A stretch of 29,721 nt of DNA from Deltaproteobacteria bacterium. GTDB taxonomy: Bacteria > SAR324 > NAC60-12. Every line of letters starts with the position of its first letter. Position 1 is the stretch's first letter. The stretch lies in the NCBI GenBank assembly GCA_038150265.1, contig JAYOTF010000040.1, positions 1-29,721 on the forward strand. The letters run 5' to 3'. The notes under the pieces were generated by a model, which saw only the letters and a program-made list of their open reading frames with translations, searched no databases and had not been told where the DNA came from. This document shows positions 17,938-26,441 of the stretch, one piece after another. The position numbers and the translations under genes are program-made.

Positions 17938-19890
17938 ATGGAGCAGCAACTGGTGGAACCTACAGCCGCGCACATCCGGGAAGTGCTGCAGGTGGGGGAA
18001 CGGCACAGGGGGCAACGAGACGCGGTGATTGTGGAATCGTGGCGCCGGTGCCTGCTGGAACACCACCTGGACCCCCGAGCGCGTCAGGAGGCGAACATCT
18101 TGCCGCAGCAGCAGCTCCGTGAACACCAGGAGCGTCTGGAAAGTTTCCTCCACACGGCACGCTACGGAGCCGAGACCCTCTACCGCCAGGTGACGGGGTT
18201 GGGCTACGTCCTCCTGCTCACCGATGAGCAGGGCATCACCGTTGATTTTCTGGGAGACCCGACCCTGGGGAACGAGCTCGACGGTTCCGGGCTGCTTCTG
18301 GGAGCCGACTGGAGTGAGGCCCACGCCGGGACCTGTGCCGTCGGGACCTGCCTGCGGACAGAAGCCCCGCTGACGGTGCACCTGACCGACCACTTCTTCC
18401 TGCCTTACACGTCCCTCACCTGCACCGCGGCGCCGGTGTTCAACCCGTATGGACGCCTGCTGGCGGTCCTGACCATTGCTGCCGCAAAGGCTCCCCAGCC
18501 CAAGAGCAGCCAGCACCTGGCGCTCAAGCTGGTGCAGCACCATGCCCACCGCATTGAAAAGGCAAACCTTTACAAGGAATTCGGACGTGAGTGGATCATC
18601 AAGCTCGGGTCATCCGAAGAGTTTGCTGACGTGGATCCCGAATACCTGCTGGCCCTGGATCCGTCTGGAGCCATCCTTGGCTTCAACCACTCCATGCAGC
18701 AGCTTCTGATGCAGGAGGCACCGGTTCCCGATTCGCATGACCTGCTGGGGCGGCACTTTGAGGACTTCTTCGACTGCCCCGTGAGCAAGCTTCCGGAGTT
18801 TGTCCTCTCGCGCCCGACGGGGCAACGGGTCCTCCAGACGCAGGGGCAGGCCCGGACGCTCTTTGCGCAGGCCATTCCTCCGCAGCAGCACTCCCCCCTC
18901 CCCCGGAAGCCCAGCGCGGTGGTGGCACCGATGCCTCCGGCACTGGCGGAGCTGACCGGAGGGGACCCGCTGCTGGAGCGGCACCTGACGAAGGCGGAGC
19001 GGCTGGTCAATGCCAACGTCAGCATCCTCCTCCTGGGGGAGACCGGCACCGGCAAGGAGCGGTTTGCCAAGGCCCTGCACGAGTCCAGCTCTCGTGCCAA
19101 TGCCCCCTTTGTCGCGGTCAACTGTGCGGCCATTCCGGAGTCGCTCATTGAAAGCGAACTCTTCGGGTACGTTCCCGGAACCTTCACCGGCGCGCAGTCT
19201 CGGGGCAAGCGGGGGCTGATCCTGGAAGCCAACGGCGGCACGCTGTTTCTGGACGAAATCGGAGACATGCCCCTGTCGTTGCAGGCTCGCTTGCTTCGGG
19301 TGCTCGCAGAGCGGGAGGTGCTGCCTCTGGGCGCCGTCGCTCCCCTGCCCGTGGACCTGCGGGTGATCTCGGCAACGCATCAGGACCTTGTGGAGAAGAT
19401 GGCCCGGGGCACGTTCCGGGACGACCTGTATTACCGGCTCAATGGCGCCGTCTTCACGCTCCCGCCGCTCCGGGACCGCCGGGACTTCGAGTGGCTGGTG
19501 CGGCGGCTGCTTCAGCAGCAAGTGGCTCCTGCGCCTCAGGTCAGCCCAGAGGCGTTGCGCCTGCTGCGTCAGCACCCCTGGCCGGGGAACATCCGGGAGC
19601 TGCGGAACGTCCTCGAGTTTGCAGGAGCCGTTTGTCACAACCAGTGGATCTTGCCGCAGGACCTTCCGGAACAGTTTCACCCGTCCGGACTGGTGCCTCC
19701 GCTTCTGCTGCACCTGTCTTCTGAGGTGCTGCCCTCGCCGGTGGATCCGGACCCTGCCCGGCGGTTGGAAGCCGCGCTGATCCGGAACCAGTGGAACATC
19801 AGCAAGACCACCCGGGAGCTGGGGCTCAGCCGCGCCACCATCTACCGGCACATGGAACGCTTCGGCATTGTTCCTCCCAACCGGCGCTAG
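17938..19890 (+). CDS. acoR: Sigma54-dependent activator, AcoR family (GAF-AAA+-Fis HTH)
   Basis: ATG after AGGAGGAGG; ESWRRC, WSEAHAGTCAVGT (AcoR GAF), GETGTGKE, ESELFGYVPGTFTGA, LFLDEIGDM, FRDDLYYRL, WPGNIREL, WNISKTTRELGLSRATIYR. Confidence 0.92.
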   Translation: MEQQLVEPTAAHIREVLQVGERHRGQRDAVIVESWRRCLLEHHLDPRARQEANILPQQQLREHQERLESFLHTARYGAETLYRQVTGLGYVLLLTDEQGITVDFLGDPTLGNELDGSGLLLGADWSEAHAGTCAVGTCLRTEAPLTVHLTDHFFLPYTSLTCTAAPVFNPYGRLLAVLTIAAAKAPQPKSSQHLALKLVQHHAHRIEKANLYKEFGREWIIKLGSSEEFADVDPEYLLALDPSGAILGFNHSMQQLLMQEAPVPDSHDLLGRHFEDFFDCPVSKLPEFVLSRPTGQRVLQTQGQARTLFAQAIPPQQHSPLPRKPSAVVAPMPPALAELTGGDPLLERHLTKAERLVNANVSILLLGETGTGKERFAKALHESSSRANAPFVAVNCAAIPESLIESELFGYVPGTFTGAQSRGKRGLILEANGGTLFLDEIGDMPLSLQARLLRVLAEREVLPLGAVAPLPVDLRVISATHQDLVEKMARGTFRDDLYYRLNGAVFTLPPLRDRRDFEWLVRRLLQQQVAPAPQVSPEALRLLRQHPWPGNIRELRNVLEFAGAVCHNQWILPQDLPEQFHPSGLVPPLLLHLSSEVLPSPVDPDPARRLEAALIRNQWNISKTTRELGLSRATIYRHMERFGIVPPNRR

Positions 19891-19931
19891 AGGTGAGACA
19901 CCTGTCTCACCTGTGCTGAGACACCTGTCTC
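19891..19931. promoter_or_regulatory. Tandem palindromic upstream activating sequences (GAGACA-CC-TGTCTC x2), candidate AcoR sites
   Basis: AGGTGAGACA-CC-TGTCTCACCT (19891-19912) and GAGACA-CC-TGTCTC (19918-19931), cores 23 bp apart, about 135-170 bp upstream of a sigma54 promoter. GAGAC-type half-sites are known for AcoR-family activators. Confidence 0.75.
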
Positions 19932-20063
19932 GCGTGAAGCACCCACGTGAGCGCTCTCTGCCTTCGCGACGCCGACTCTGCGGAGGCGGTATTCTGTTTT
20001 TTAATCAATCATTCCAGAATTTTAACGGCGCAGCCGCTCGGAGGGATCCGTTTGGGCCCTGGG

Positions 20064-20080
20064 CTGGTCGCTCCTTTGCT
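20064..20080 (+). promoter_or_regulatory. Sigma54 (-24/-12) promoter
   Basis: CTGGTCGCTCCTTTGCT: GG at 20066-67, exactly 10 nt, GC at 20078-79, with TTGCT; 50 nt before the GTG at 20131 (RBS AGGAGA at 20120-25). Confidence 0.75.
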
Positions 20081-20130
20081 AAAGGAAGGTCTGGAATGGA
20101 AACCTCAGGTCTCACAATCAGGAGAACGAC

Positions 20131-21399
20131 GTGACACGGACCCTTTGCTTGACCCTCCTGTTCATGGGCGCCGGAATCGCCTTCGGGCGTCCGGTGGACC
20201 CGGCTTCCTTTCCAAACGCCCTTCTGGTCAACTCCCGGACGGCTCCAGTCATTGCTCAGGAATCCACGGAGCGGGACTTTGTGGAGACCCGCATCCTCCC
20301 CCGCATTCAGATGCCTCCGGGCTTTCAGATTGAAGTCTTTGCCATGGCGCCCTACGCCCGGCACCTGGCGGTGAGTCCGTCTGGACGGGTCTGGGTGGGC
20401 ACCGTCCGGACTGATGTCTGGGAGGCGGTGGATGCCGACCAGGATGGGCAGGCGGAGCAGGTCACACGCTTTGCGCCCGGGATCCGCCTGGATGTGCCGA
20501 ATGGGCCCTGCCTCAGTCCGGAGGGGGACCTGTATCTGGCAGAGCGCAACCGCGTCCTCTGGTTTCCGGAGGCGGACCAGGTGTCGCAGAATCCCCAGGC
20601 CCGAGCGGTTCCGCTGGTGGAGCAGGGGGCGCTGATTCCGCCACAGGAAGAGTCGGGGGGGCACACGGCACGGGTGTGTGTGGTGGGGCCGGACGACCGC
20701 CTCTACATCAGCCTCGGGCAGCCGTACAACGTGGCTCCGCCGTCCAAGTTTCCGCTCTACGATCAGGTGGGCATTGGGGGCATCATCCGCCTCAACCGGT
20801 TTCCTGGCGCGCCCCTCAACCGCGAGGTGGTGGCCATTGGCATCCGCAACTCCGTGGGCCATGCCTTCAATCCCCAGGATGGCTCCCTCTGGTTTACTGA
20901 CAATCAGGTCGACGGAATGGGAGACGAGACGCCTCCGGGTGAGCTGAACCGAGCGCCACGGCTGGGCCCGGACGTGTGGTACGGGCATCCGCACTATGGC
21001 GGAGGCGAGGTCCGGACCCGTGACTACCAGAACCGCCCGATTCCTCCGGAGAAGGCCCGGAACTACGTCTCGCCTCAGGTGGAGATGCAGGCGCATGCCG
21101 CCGATCTGGGGATGATGTTTTACACCGGAACCCAGTTTCCGCAGAAGTATGCCAATGCCATCTTCAGCGCTCAGCACGGCTCATGGAACGCGTCCACCCC
21201 CCGAGGGGCTCAGGTGATGGTGACCTTTCTGGATGACGCGGGGCAGGCGGCACAAACGGAAGTCTTTGCGGCCGGCTGGATGACGGAGTCCGGGGCGTAC
21301 CTGGGACGCCCGGTCGATGTGCAGCAGTACCCCGATGGCTCCCTGCTGGTGTCCGATGACCGAGCGGGCGTCGTGTATCGCATTTCGTACCAACCCTGA
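20131..21399 (+). CDS. Secreted PQQ-dependent sugar / L-sorbosone dehydrogenase-family beta-propeller
   Basis: Signal peptide; MPPGFQIEVFA, GPDDRLYISLGQPYNV, GIRNSVG, LWFTDNQVD, AHAADLGMMFYTG, AQHGSWN, GRPVDV..PDGSLLVSDDRAGVVYRI. Confidence 0.88.
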   Translation: MTRTLCLTLLFMGAGIAFGRPVDPASFPNALLVNSRTAPVIAQESTERDFVETRILPRIQMPPGFQIEVFAMAPYARHLAVSPSGRVWVGTVRTDVWEAVDADQDGQAEQVTRFAPGIRLDVPNGPCLSPEGDLYLAERNRVLWFPEADQVSQNPQARAVPLVEQGALIPPQEESGGHTARVCVVGPDDRLYISLGQPYNVAPPSKFPLYDQVGIGGIIRLNRFPGAPLNREVVAIGIRNSVGHAFNPQDGSLWFTDNQVDGMGDETPPGELNRAPRLGPDVWYGHPHYGGGEVRTRDYQNRPIPPEKARNYVSPQVEMQAHAADLGMMFYTGTQFPQKYANAIFSAQHGSWNASTPRGAQVMVTFLDDAGQAAQTEVFAAGWMTESGAYLGRPVDVQQYPDGSLLVSDDRAGVVYRISYQP

Positions 21400-21517
21400 C
21401 TCGGCTCGAGCCAGGGCGTTTCCTCCCTTGCGGAGGCCTGTGTCCTCGGCCACTTTCGGTGGCAGGGGCAACTCAATCGGAGGTGCCGCGGGGTGCCTCG
21501 TCACAAGGAGATCAAAC

Positions 21518-22522
21518 ATGGAACCCACCAAGGAGCATCAGTTGTGGATGTATGAGCAGATGCTGATCATCCGGGACTTTGAAGAGACGATGGTCAACAT
21601 CTACCTCGAGGGCAAGCTGCCGCCGAACATTCAGGATGGCCTGGCCTTTGACATTGGAGGAGGGCCGGTTCCGGGCGAGATGCACCTCGCTGCCGGACAG
21701 GAGCCGGTGGCCGTGGGCACCTGCGCCCACCTGACGGACAACGACACCATCACCGGGACCCACCGGCCCCACCACTTTGCGATCGCCAAGGGGGTTCCGC
21801 TGGATCAGATGGCTGCCGAGATGTTCGGGAAGGTCACGGGGCTCGGGCGCGGGAAGGGGGGGCACATGCACCTCTTCAGCGTCGAGAAGAAGTTTGGCTG
21901 CTCCGGGATCATTGGCGCCGGCATGCCTCAGGCCTGTGGCGCCGCACTGGCCGCCAGGAAGAAGGGCAAGGACTGGGTGACCGTCACCTTCTTTGGCGAG
22001 GGCGCCGCCAACCAGGGCTCGTTCCATGAGTCCCTGAACCTGGCGGCCATCTGGAAGCTTCCGGTGGTCTTCATCTGCGAAGACAACAAGTATGCGATCT
22101 CGGTGACGCGTGAGGATTCGACTGCTGTGGCCAACAATGCCGACCGAGCCGTGGGGTATGGCATCCCGGGGGTGCGGGTGGAAAACAATGACCCGCTGGA
22201 GGTGTATGACGTGGTCGGGGAAGCCGTGGCGCGCGCACGTCGCGGAGAAGGACCCTCGCTGATTGAGGTCAGCACCGACCGCTACCTCGGACACTTCCAG
22301 GGCGATGCGGAGGCGTACCGTCCCAAGGACGAAGTGCAGCAGCTGCGCGAAAATGACCCGATTGACCGACTCAAGCAGCAGCTCATGGACGGGGGGCTTT
22401 CTGAGGCCGAAGAGGCGGAAATCCGGTCTCGGGCCAAGGCGGCCGTGGAAGCCGCCTACACCTTTGCCCGTGAGAGCCCGTATCCGGATGTTTCGGAAGC
22501 CACCATGCACGTCTTTGTCTAA
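21518..22522 (+). CDS. acoA: TPP-dependent dehydrogenase E1 alpha subunit (acetoin dehydrogenase-like)
   Basis: ATG after AAGGAG; MHLAAGQE, THRPHH, GKGGHMH, FFGEGAANQGSFHESLNLA..CEDN (TPP motif), RYLGHFQGD. Confidence 0.85.
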   Translation: MEPTKEHQLWMYEQMLIIRDFEETMVNIYLEGKLPPNIQDGLAFDIGGGPVPGEMHLAAGQEPVAVGTCAHLTDNDTITGTHRPHHFAIAKGVPLDQMAAEMFGKVTGLGRGKGGHMHLFSVEKKFGCSGIIGAGMPQACGAALAARKKGKDWVTVTFFGEGAANQGSFHESLNLAAIWKLPVVFICEDNKYAISVTREDSTAVANNADRAVGYGIPGVRVENNDPLEVYDVVGEAVARARRGEGPSLIEVSTDRYLGHFQGDAEAYRPKDEVQQLRENDPIDRLKQQLMDGGLSEAEEAEIRSRAKAAVEAAYTFARESPYPDVSEATMHVFV

Positions 22523-22555
22523 CCCTGTCGCTTTTCTTTTTTGGAGGATGAAACC

Positions 22556-23566
22556 ATGTCCAATCGTGAATTAACCATGGCTGCCGCCATCTCCGAAGCC
22601 ATTGGGCAGGAGATGACGCGAGATGAGAATGTGTTTGTGATGGGGGAGGATGTTGCGAAGTATGGCGGCATCTTTGGCGCGACCGGAGGCCTGCTGGACC
22701 AGTTTGGTCCGGAGCGGGTGATGGACACGCCGATCTCGGAAACCGCCTTCATTGGCGCGGCCACCGGTGCGGCTGCCGAGGGGCTGCGTCCGGTTGTGGA
22801 GCTGATGTTTGTGGACTTCTTTGGCGTCTGCATGGACCAGATCTACAACCACATGGCCAAGAACACCTACATGTCTGGCGGCAACGTCAACCTGCCGGTG
22901 GTGCTGACGACCGCCATTGGTGGGGGGTACAACGACGCGGCTCAGCACTCTCAGTGCCTCTACAGCCTCTTTGCCCACACTCCCGGACTGAAGATTGTGG
23001 TGCCGTCCAACGCCTATGACGCCAAGGGCCTGATGGTGAGCGCCATTCGGGACGACAACCCGGTGATGTACTTCTTCCACAAGGGCATCATGGGCCTGCC
23101 GTGGATGGCCTACTACACCGGAAGCACCAATGAGGTTCCGGAAGAATCCTACGCCATTCCGTTTGGGAAGGCCCACGTGGTCCGTGAAGGGTCGGATGTG
23201 ACCATTGTCACCCTGAGCCAGATGGTCCACAAGAGCGTCCTCGCTGCCGAAGCACTGGCGCAGGACGGCATCAGCGCCGAGATCATCGACCTGCGGACGC
23301 TTGTGCCGCTGGACAAGGAGGCGGTGCTGCAGTCGGTCCGCAAGACCGGACGCCTGCTGGTGGCCGATGAAGACTACCTGAGCTTTGGGCTCTCTGGAGA
23401 AATTGCTGCCATTGTGGCAGAGAACCTGGACACCGTGAACCTGCATGGCCCCGTCAAGCGCCTGGCGGTTCCGGATGTCCCCATTCCCTACACCCGTCCC
23501 CTTGAGGAGGCCATCATTCCGCAGGTGGGACACATTGAAAGCACTGTCAGGAGCATGATGTCATGA
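22556..23566 (+). CDS. acoB: TPP-dependent dehydrogenase E1 beta subunit (acetoin dehydrogenase-like)
   Basis: ATG after GGAGGA; GEDV, DTPISE, ELMFVDF, AAQHSQ, PGLKIVVPS, IDLRTLVPLD, SVRKTGRL. Confidence 0.88.
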   Translation: MSNRELTMAAAISEAIGQEMTRDENVFVMGEDVAKYGGIFGATGGLLDQFGPERVMDTPISETAFIGAATGAAAEGLRPVVELMFVDFFGVCMDQIYNHMAKNTYMSGGNVNLPVVLTTAIGGGYNDAAQHSQCLYSLFAHTPGLKIVVPSNAYDAKGLMVSAIRDDNPVMYFFHKGIMGLPWMAYYTGSTNEVPEESYAIPFGKAHVVREGSDVTIVTLSQMVHKSVLAAEALAQDGISAEIIDLRTLVPLDKEAVLQSVRKTGRLLVADEDYLSFGLSGEIAAIVAENLDTVNLHGPVKRLAVPDVPIPYTRPLEEAIIPQVGHIESTVRSMMS

Positions 23567-23829
23567 GTGAATCCGCACTGGTGGAAGTGGTCGTCACCCA
23601 AGCGGACTGGCCGGCGGAAGGCAAGAATGCCGACGGCCTGATCAAGGATTGGGAGGTTGAGGTGGGCGCCACCGTTCAGGAGGGAGACCTCCTGGGGGAA
23701 GCTGTCATTGTGAAGACAGCGCTGGAGGTGGTGGCCCCGGTTTCAGGCGTGGTTCAGGCGCTGCTGGTGGAGAAGGGGAAGCTCTTCAAGCCCGACATGC
23801 CACTGGCCACCATTGAGGCGACCTCTTAA
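23563..23829 (+). CDS. Stand-alone lipoyl domain protein
   Basis: 88 aa; DGLIKDWEVEVGATVQEGDLLGEAVIVKTALEVVAPVSGVV fits the lipoyl/biotinyl fold with Lys in the hairpin; ATGA overlap with E1 beta. Confidence 0.85.
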   Translation: MSESALVEVVVTQADWPAEGKNADGLIKDWEVEVGATVQEGDLLGEAVIVKTALEVVAPVSGVVQALLVEKGKLFKPDMPLATIEATS

Positions 23830-24875
23830 TGTTCAGGAGACGTCCGGAAGGCGGGATGCCACGAGTGGGTCTGGTGGCCAACCCGTCTTCTGGACACGAC
23901 CTGCGACGCCTGGTTTCGAGTGCAGAAACGGTGACGCATCTGGTGAAGGTCAACCGGATCACCCGAGTTCTGGCTGGGCTCCGGGCGTTGGGGCCCTGCC
24001 GGGTCCTGTACATGCCGGAGCGGCTGGGGCTGGTGCCTCAGGCCTTCTCGGCCCTGACGGCCCTTCCGGAGGCGCCAGAGGGGCTGCCCAAGGGACTGGA
24101 GGTGGAACCGCTTCCGCTCAAGACGTCCGGAACACCGAACGACACCCTTGAGGCCACTCGGCTTTTGCGGGAGGCCGGTTGCGAGCTGCTGATCACGTTC
24201 GGAGGAGACGGCACAAATCGGCTGGTGGCCCTTGAAGCCCACTCGGTGCCGCTGCTGCCGCTCTCGGCCGGAACCAACAACATCTTTCCGCTGACCGTTG
24301 AAGCCACGCAGGCCGGAGTCGCCGCGGCGACCTTCCTGGCCCTCAAGCACTCCGGGTACATTGTCCAGTCCCTCACCCCCCGGCACAAGCTCCTGCTGGC
24401 CCGGACCGAGGACTGGGAGGAGACGGCGCTGGTGGACCTGGCCATTTCCCGTCAGGCCCGCATCGGCGGCCGGGCGGTCTGGAAGGCCGATGACCTCCGG
24501 GCGGTCTTTGTGACCCGCTGCACGCCGGGCGCCTCTGGGCTCTGTGGCATTCCGGGGGCGGTTCTGGAGATCCCCCCACTTGCGCCACAGGGGGTCGCTG
24601 TGATGATGGGCCAGCGCTTTGCGGTGCAGGCGGTCCTCACGGCCGGGGTGGTGCAGTCGGTGCCACTGGAAAGCGTGGAGCCGCTCCACGTGGGGGAGGT
24701 CCGGACGATTGAGGTCTCCGAGGGGACCGTCCTCGTGGACGGGGAACGGGTCCGCGAGCTGAAGGGCGAGGAGCTGGAAGTGGAGCTGGTCGCAGAGGGC
24801 CCCTGTGTGCTGGAAGTGGAGCGGACCCTGCAGGTGGGGCAGCAGCGTGAACTGTTCCTGCACCCCCTTCCCTGA
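23829..24875 (+). CDS. acoX: AcoX-like protein (ATP-NAD/AcoX kinase family)
   Basis: VGLVANPSSGHDLRRLV, GGDGTNR, SAGTNNIFP, EATQAGVAA, DGERVREL. Start 23829 (TAATG coupling) or ATG 23856. Confidence 0.85.
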   Translation: MFRRRPEGGMPRVGLVANPSSGHDLRRLVSSAETVTHLVKVNRITRVLAGLRALGPCRVLYMPERLGLVPQAFSALTALPEAPEGLPKGLEVEPLPLKTSGTPNDTLEATRLLREAGCELLITFGGDGTNRLVALEAHSVPLLPLSAGTNNIFPLTVEATQAGVAAATFLALKHSGYIVQSLTPRHKLLLARTEDWEETALVDLAISRQARIGGRAVWKADDLRAVFVTRCTPGASGLCGIPGAVLEIPPLAPQGVAVMMGQRFAVQAVLTAGVVQSVPLESVEPLHVGEVRTIEVSEGTVLVDGERVRELKGEELEVELVAEGPCVLEVERTLQVGQQRELFLHPLP

Positions 24876-24929
24876 TTTTCCCTGACCCGGCCTCCCCACC
24901 GGTGTTCGGGAAGGCGAAAGTGACTCATC

Positions 24930-25730
24930 ATGACGCAAACCTCTTTGTTTACGGAAGTCAACGGCCTGACGGCGCACTACACGGACCGGGGCGCAGGGGA
25001 CACCACGGTGCTCCTGCTCCACGGCTTTGGCGGAGACCTGGAGAACTGGCTCTTCAACCTGGAGGCGCTTGCCCAGCACCACCGGGTGGTGGCCCTCGAT
25101 CTGCCGGGGCACGGCCAGTCCACGAAGGCGCTCCCGGATTCCACGCTTGCGGGGCTGGCGGACTGGGTCCAGCAGTTTGTGAAGGCGGTTGGGCTTTCCT
25201 CCTTCCACCTGGTGGGGCATTCCATGGGCGGGGCGCTGGCGCAACGGCTGACCCAACAGGCTCCGGAGTCGGTGCAGTCCCTGACGCTGATCGGCAGTGC
25301 CGGATTGGGGCCTGAGCTCAATGAGGCGTTTCTGGATGGCCTGGTGGCAGCGCAGACGGAAGAGGAGCTGAAGCCGGTGCTGGAGTGGCTGTTTGCCACT
25401 CCGGGGCTGGTGAATGCGCCGGTGGTCGCTGCGATTCTGGCCTACAAGCTTCAGGAGGGGGTGGAGCCTGCGCTGAGAACACTCGCAAACGCCCTGAAGG
25501 CGCATCAGGCCGAAAGCCCCCCTCCACAGGAGTTTCCCGTGCCGACCCTGGTCCTCTGGGGACAGGAGGATGCGATTGTGCCGGTGGCGCAGGCCCAGGC
25601 CCTTCCGGGGGCCGAGGTGACGGTCTGGGAGCAGGCGGGGCACCTGGTGCAGATGGAGCGGGCGGCAGACGTCAACGCGCGGTTGCTCGCGTTTTGGGAG
25701 TCGGTTTCAGCGGAGCACCAATCCGCCTGA
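24930..25730 (+). CDS. Alpha/beta hydrolase equivalent to the C-terminal domain of Pseudomonas/Cupriavidus-type AcoC
   Basis: LHGFGGDLENWLFN, LDLPGHG, nucleophile GHSMGG, WGQEDAIVP (Asp), AGHLVQME (His); no lipoyl domain attached. Confidence 0.85.
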   Translation: MTQTSLFTEVNGLTAHYTDRGAGDTTVLLLHGFGGDLENWLFNLEALAQHHRVVALDLPGHGQSTKALPDSTLAGLADWVQQFVKAVGLSSFHLVGHSMGGALAQRLTQQAPESVQSLTLIGSAGLGPELNEAFLDGLVAAQTEEELKPVLEWLFATPGLVNAPVVAAILAYKLQEGVEPALRTLANALKAHQAESPPPQEFPVPTLVLWGQEDAIVPVAQAQALPGAEVTVWEQAGHLVQMERAADVNARLLAFWESVSAEHQSA

Positions 25731-26423
25731 GAGGTTCAGGCTGATTCCCGTGATCCAATCGGCGTCGGGACTGGCGAGGAAGAAGAGCGCGGCGGCGATT
25801 TCGTCCGGTGTTCCCAGCCGTCCTCGGAGTCCGGACTGCTCCAGCCGTTTCAAGATGGGCTCCTCAAACCGAGTCACCATGGGGGTCTCCACTGGCCCCG
25901 GAGAGATCGCATTGACGCGAATGCCCGCCTCTGCCCACTCCCGGGCCAGGTACCGTACCAGATTTTCCACCCCGGCCTTGGCCACGGCGTAGGCGGCTCC
26001 GGAGAGCGCACTTCCGCCATTGTGGGCGTTGGTGGAGCCGATGAAGAGCGCGGAAGCGTACGGAGAGGTGAGGAGCGGCTGAGCGTGCTTGGCAATGAGG
26101 AAGCAGGAGGTGAGGTTCACCTCCAGCAGGGAGTGCCAGTCGGCCAGTGAGGTGTGGGCCAGGTCTCCGGTCTGGGTCTTGCCGACGCAGTGCACCAGCG
26201 TCTGCAGCGAGCCGTGCTGGTCCTGAATTTCAGCGCAGAGCTGAACCAGGGCCGCCTCGTCGGTGCAATCGAGGGAGTGGTAGTGGGTGCAGGCATCCGG
26301 ACCCGTGGGAGACAGGTCGGCGCCAATGACGCAGGCGCCGGACTGGTGAAAGCGGCGGGCCACCGCGGAGCCGATGCCCCCTGCGGCTCCAGTGATCAAG
26401 ACCGTGGAAGGGGCAGTGGACAT
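25707..26423 (-). CDS. Short-chain dehydrogenase/reductase (SDR)
   Basis: TGAAGGIG, EVNLTS, catalytic YAVAK, IRVNAISPGPVET, ITGISLNLSGG. Confidence 0.92.
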   Translation of the reverse strand: MSTAPSTVLITGAAGGIGSAVARRFHQSGACVIGADLSPTGPDACTHYHSLDCTDEAALVQLCAEIQDQHGSLQTLVHCVGKTQTGDLAHTSLADWHSLLEVNLTSCFLIAKHAQPLLTSPYASALFIGSTNAHNGGSALSGAAYAVAKAGVENLVRYLAREWAEAGIRVNAISPGPVETPMVTRFEEPILKRLEQSGLRGRLGTPDEIAAALFFLASPDADWITGISLNLSGGLVLR

Positions 26424-26441
26424 GCGGACTCCTGAGTGGGG

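Noticed and set aside
19891..19931. Palindromic repeats read as CRISPR, REP or terminator
   Set aside because: Only two units with a 9-nt gap, a 2-nt loop too tight for a good hairpin and no U tract; position fits activator sites.
23563..25730. acoC pseudogene broken by a frameshift or insertion
   Set aside because: Both parts are intact ORFs with their own starts and full catalytic motifs, and the intervening gene is acoX, not a mobile element.
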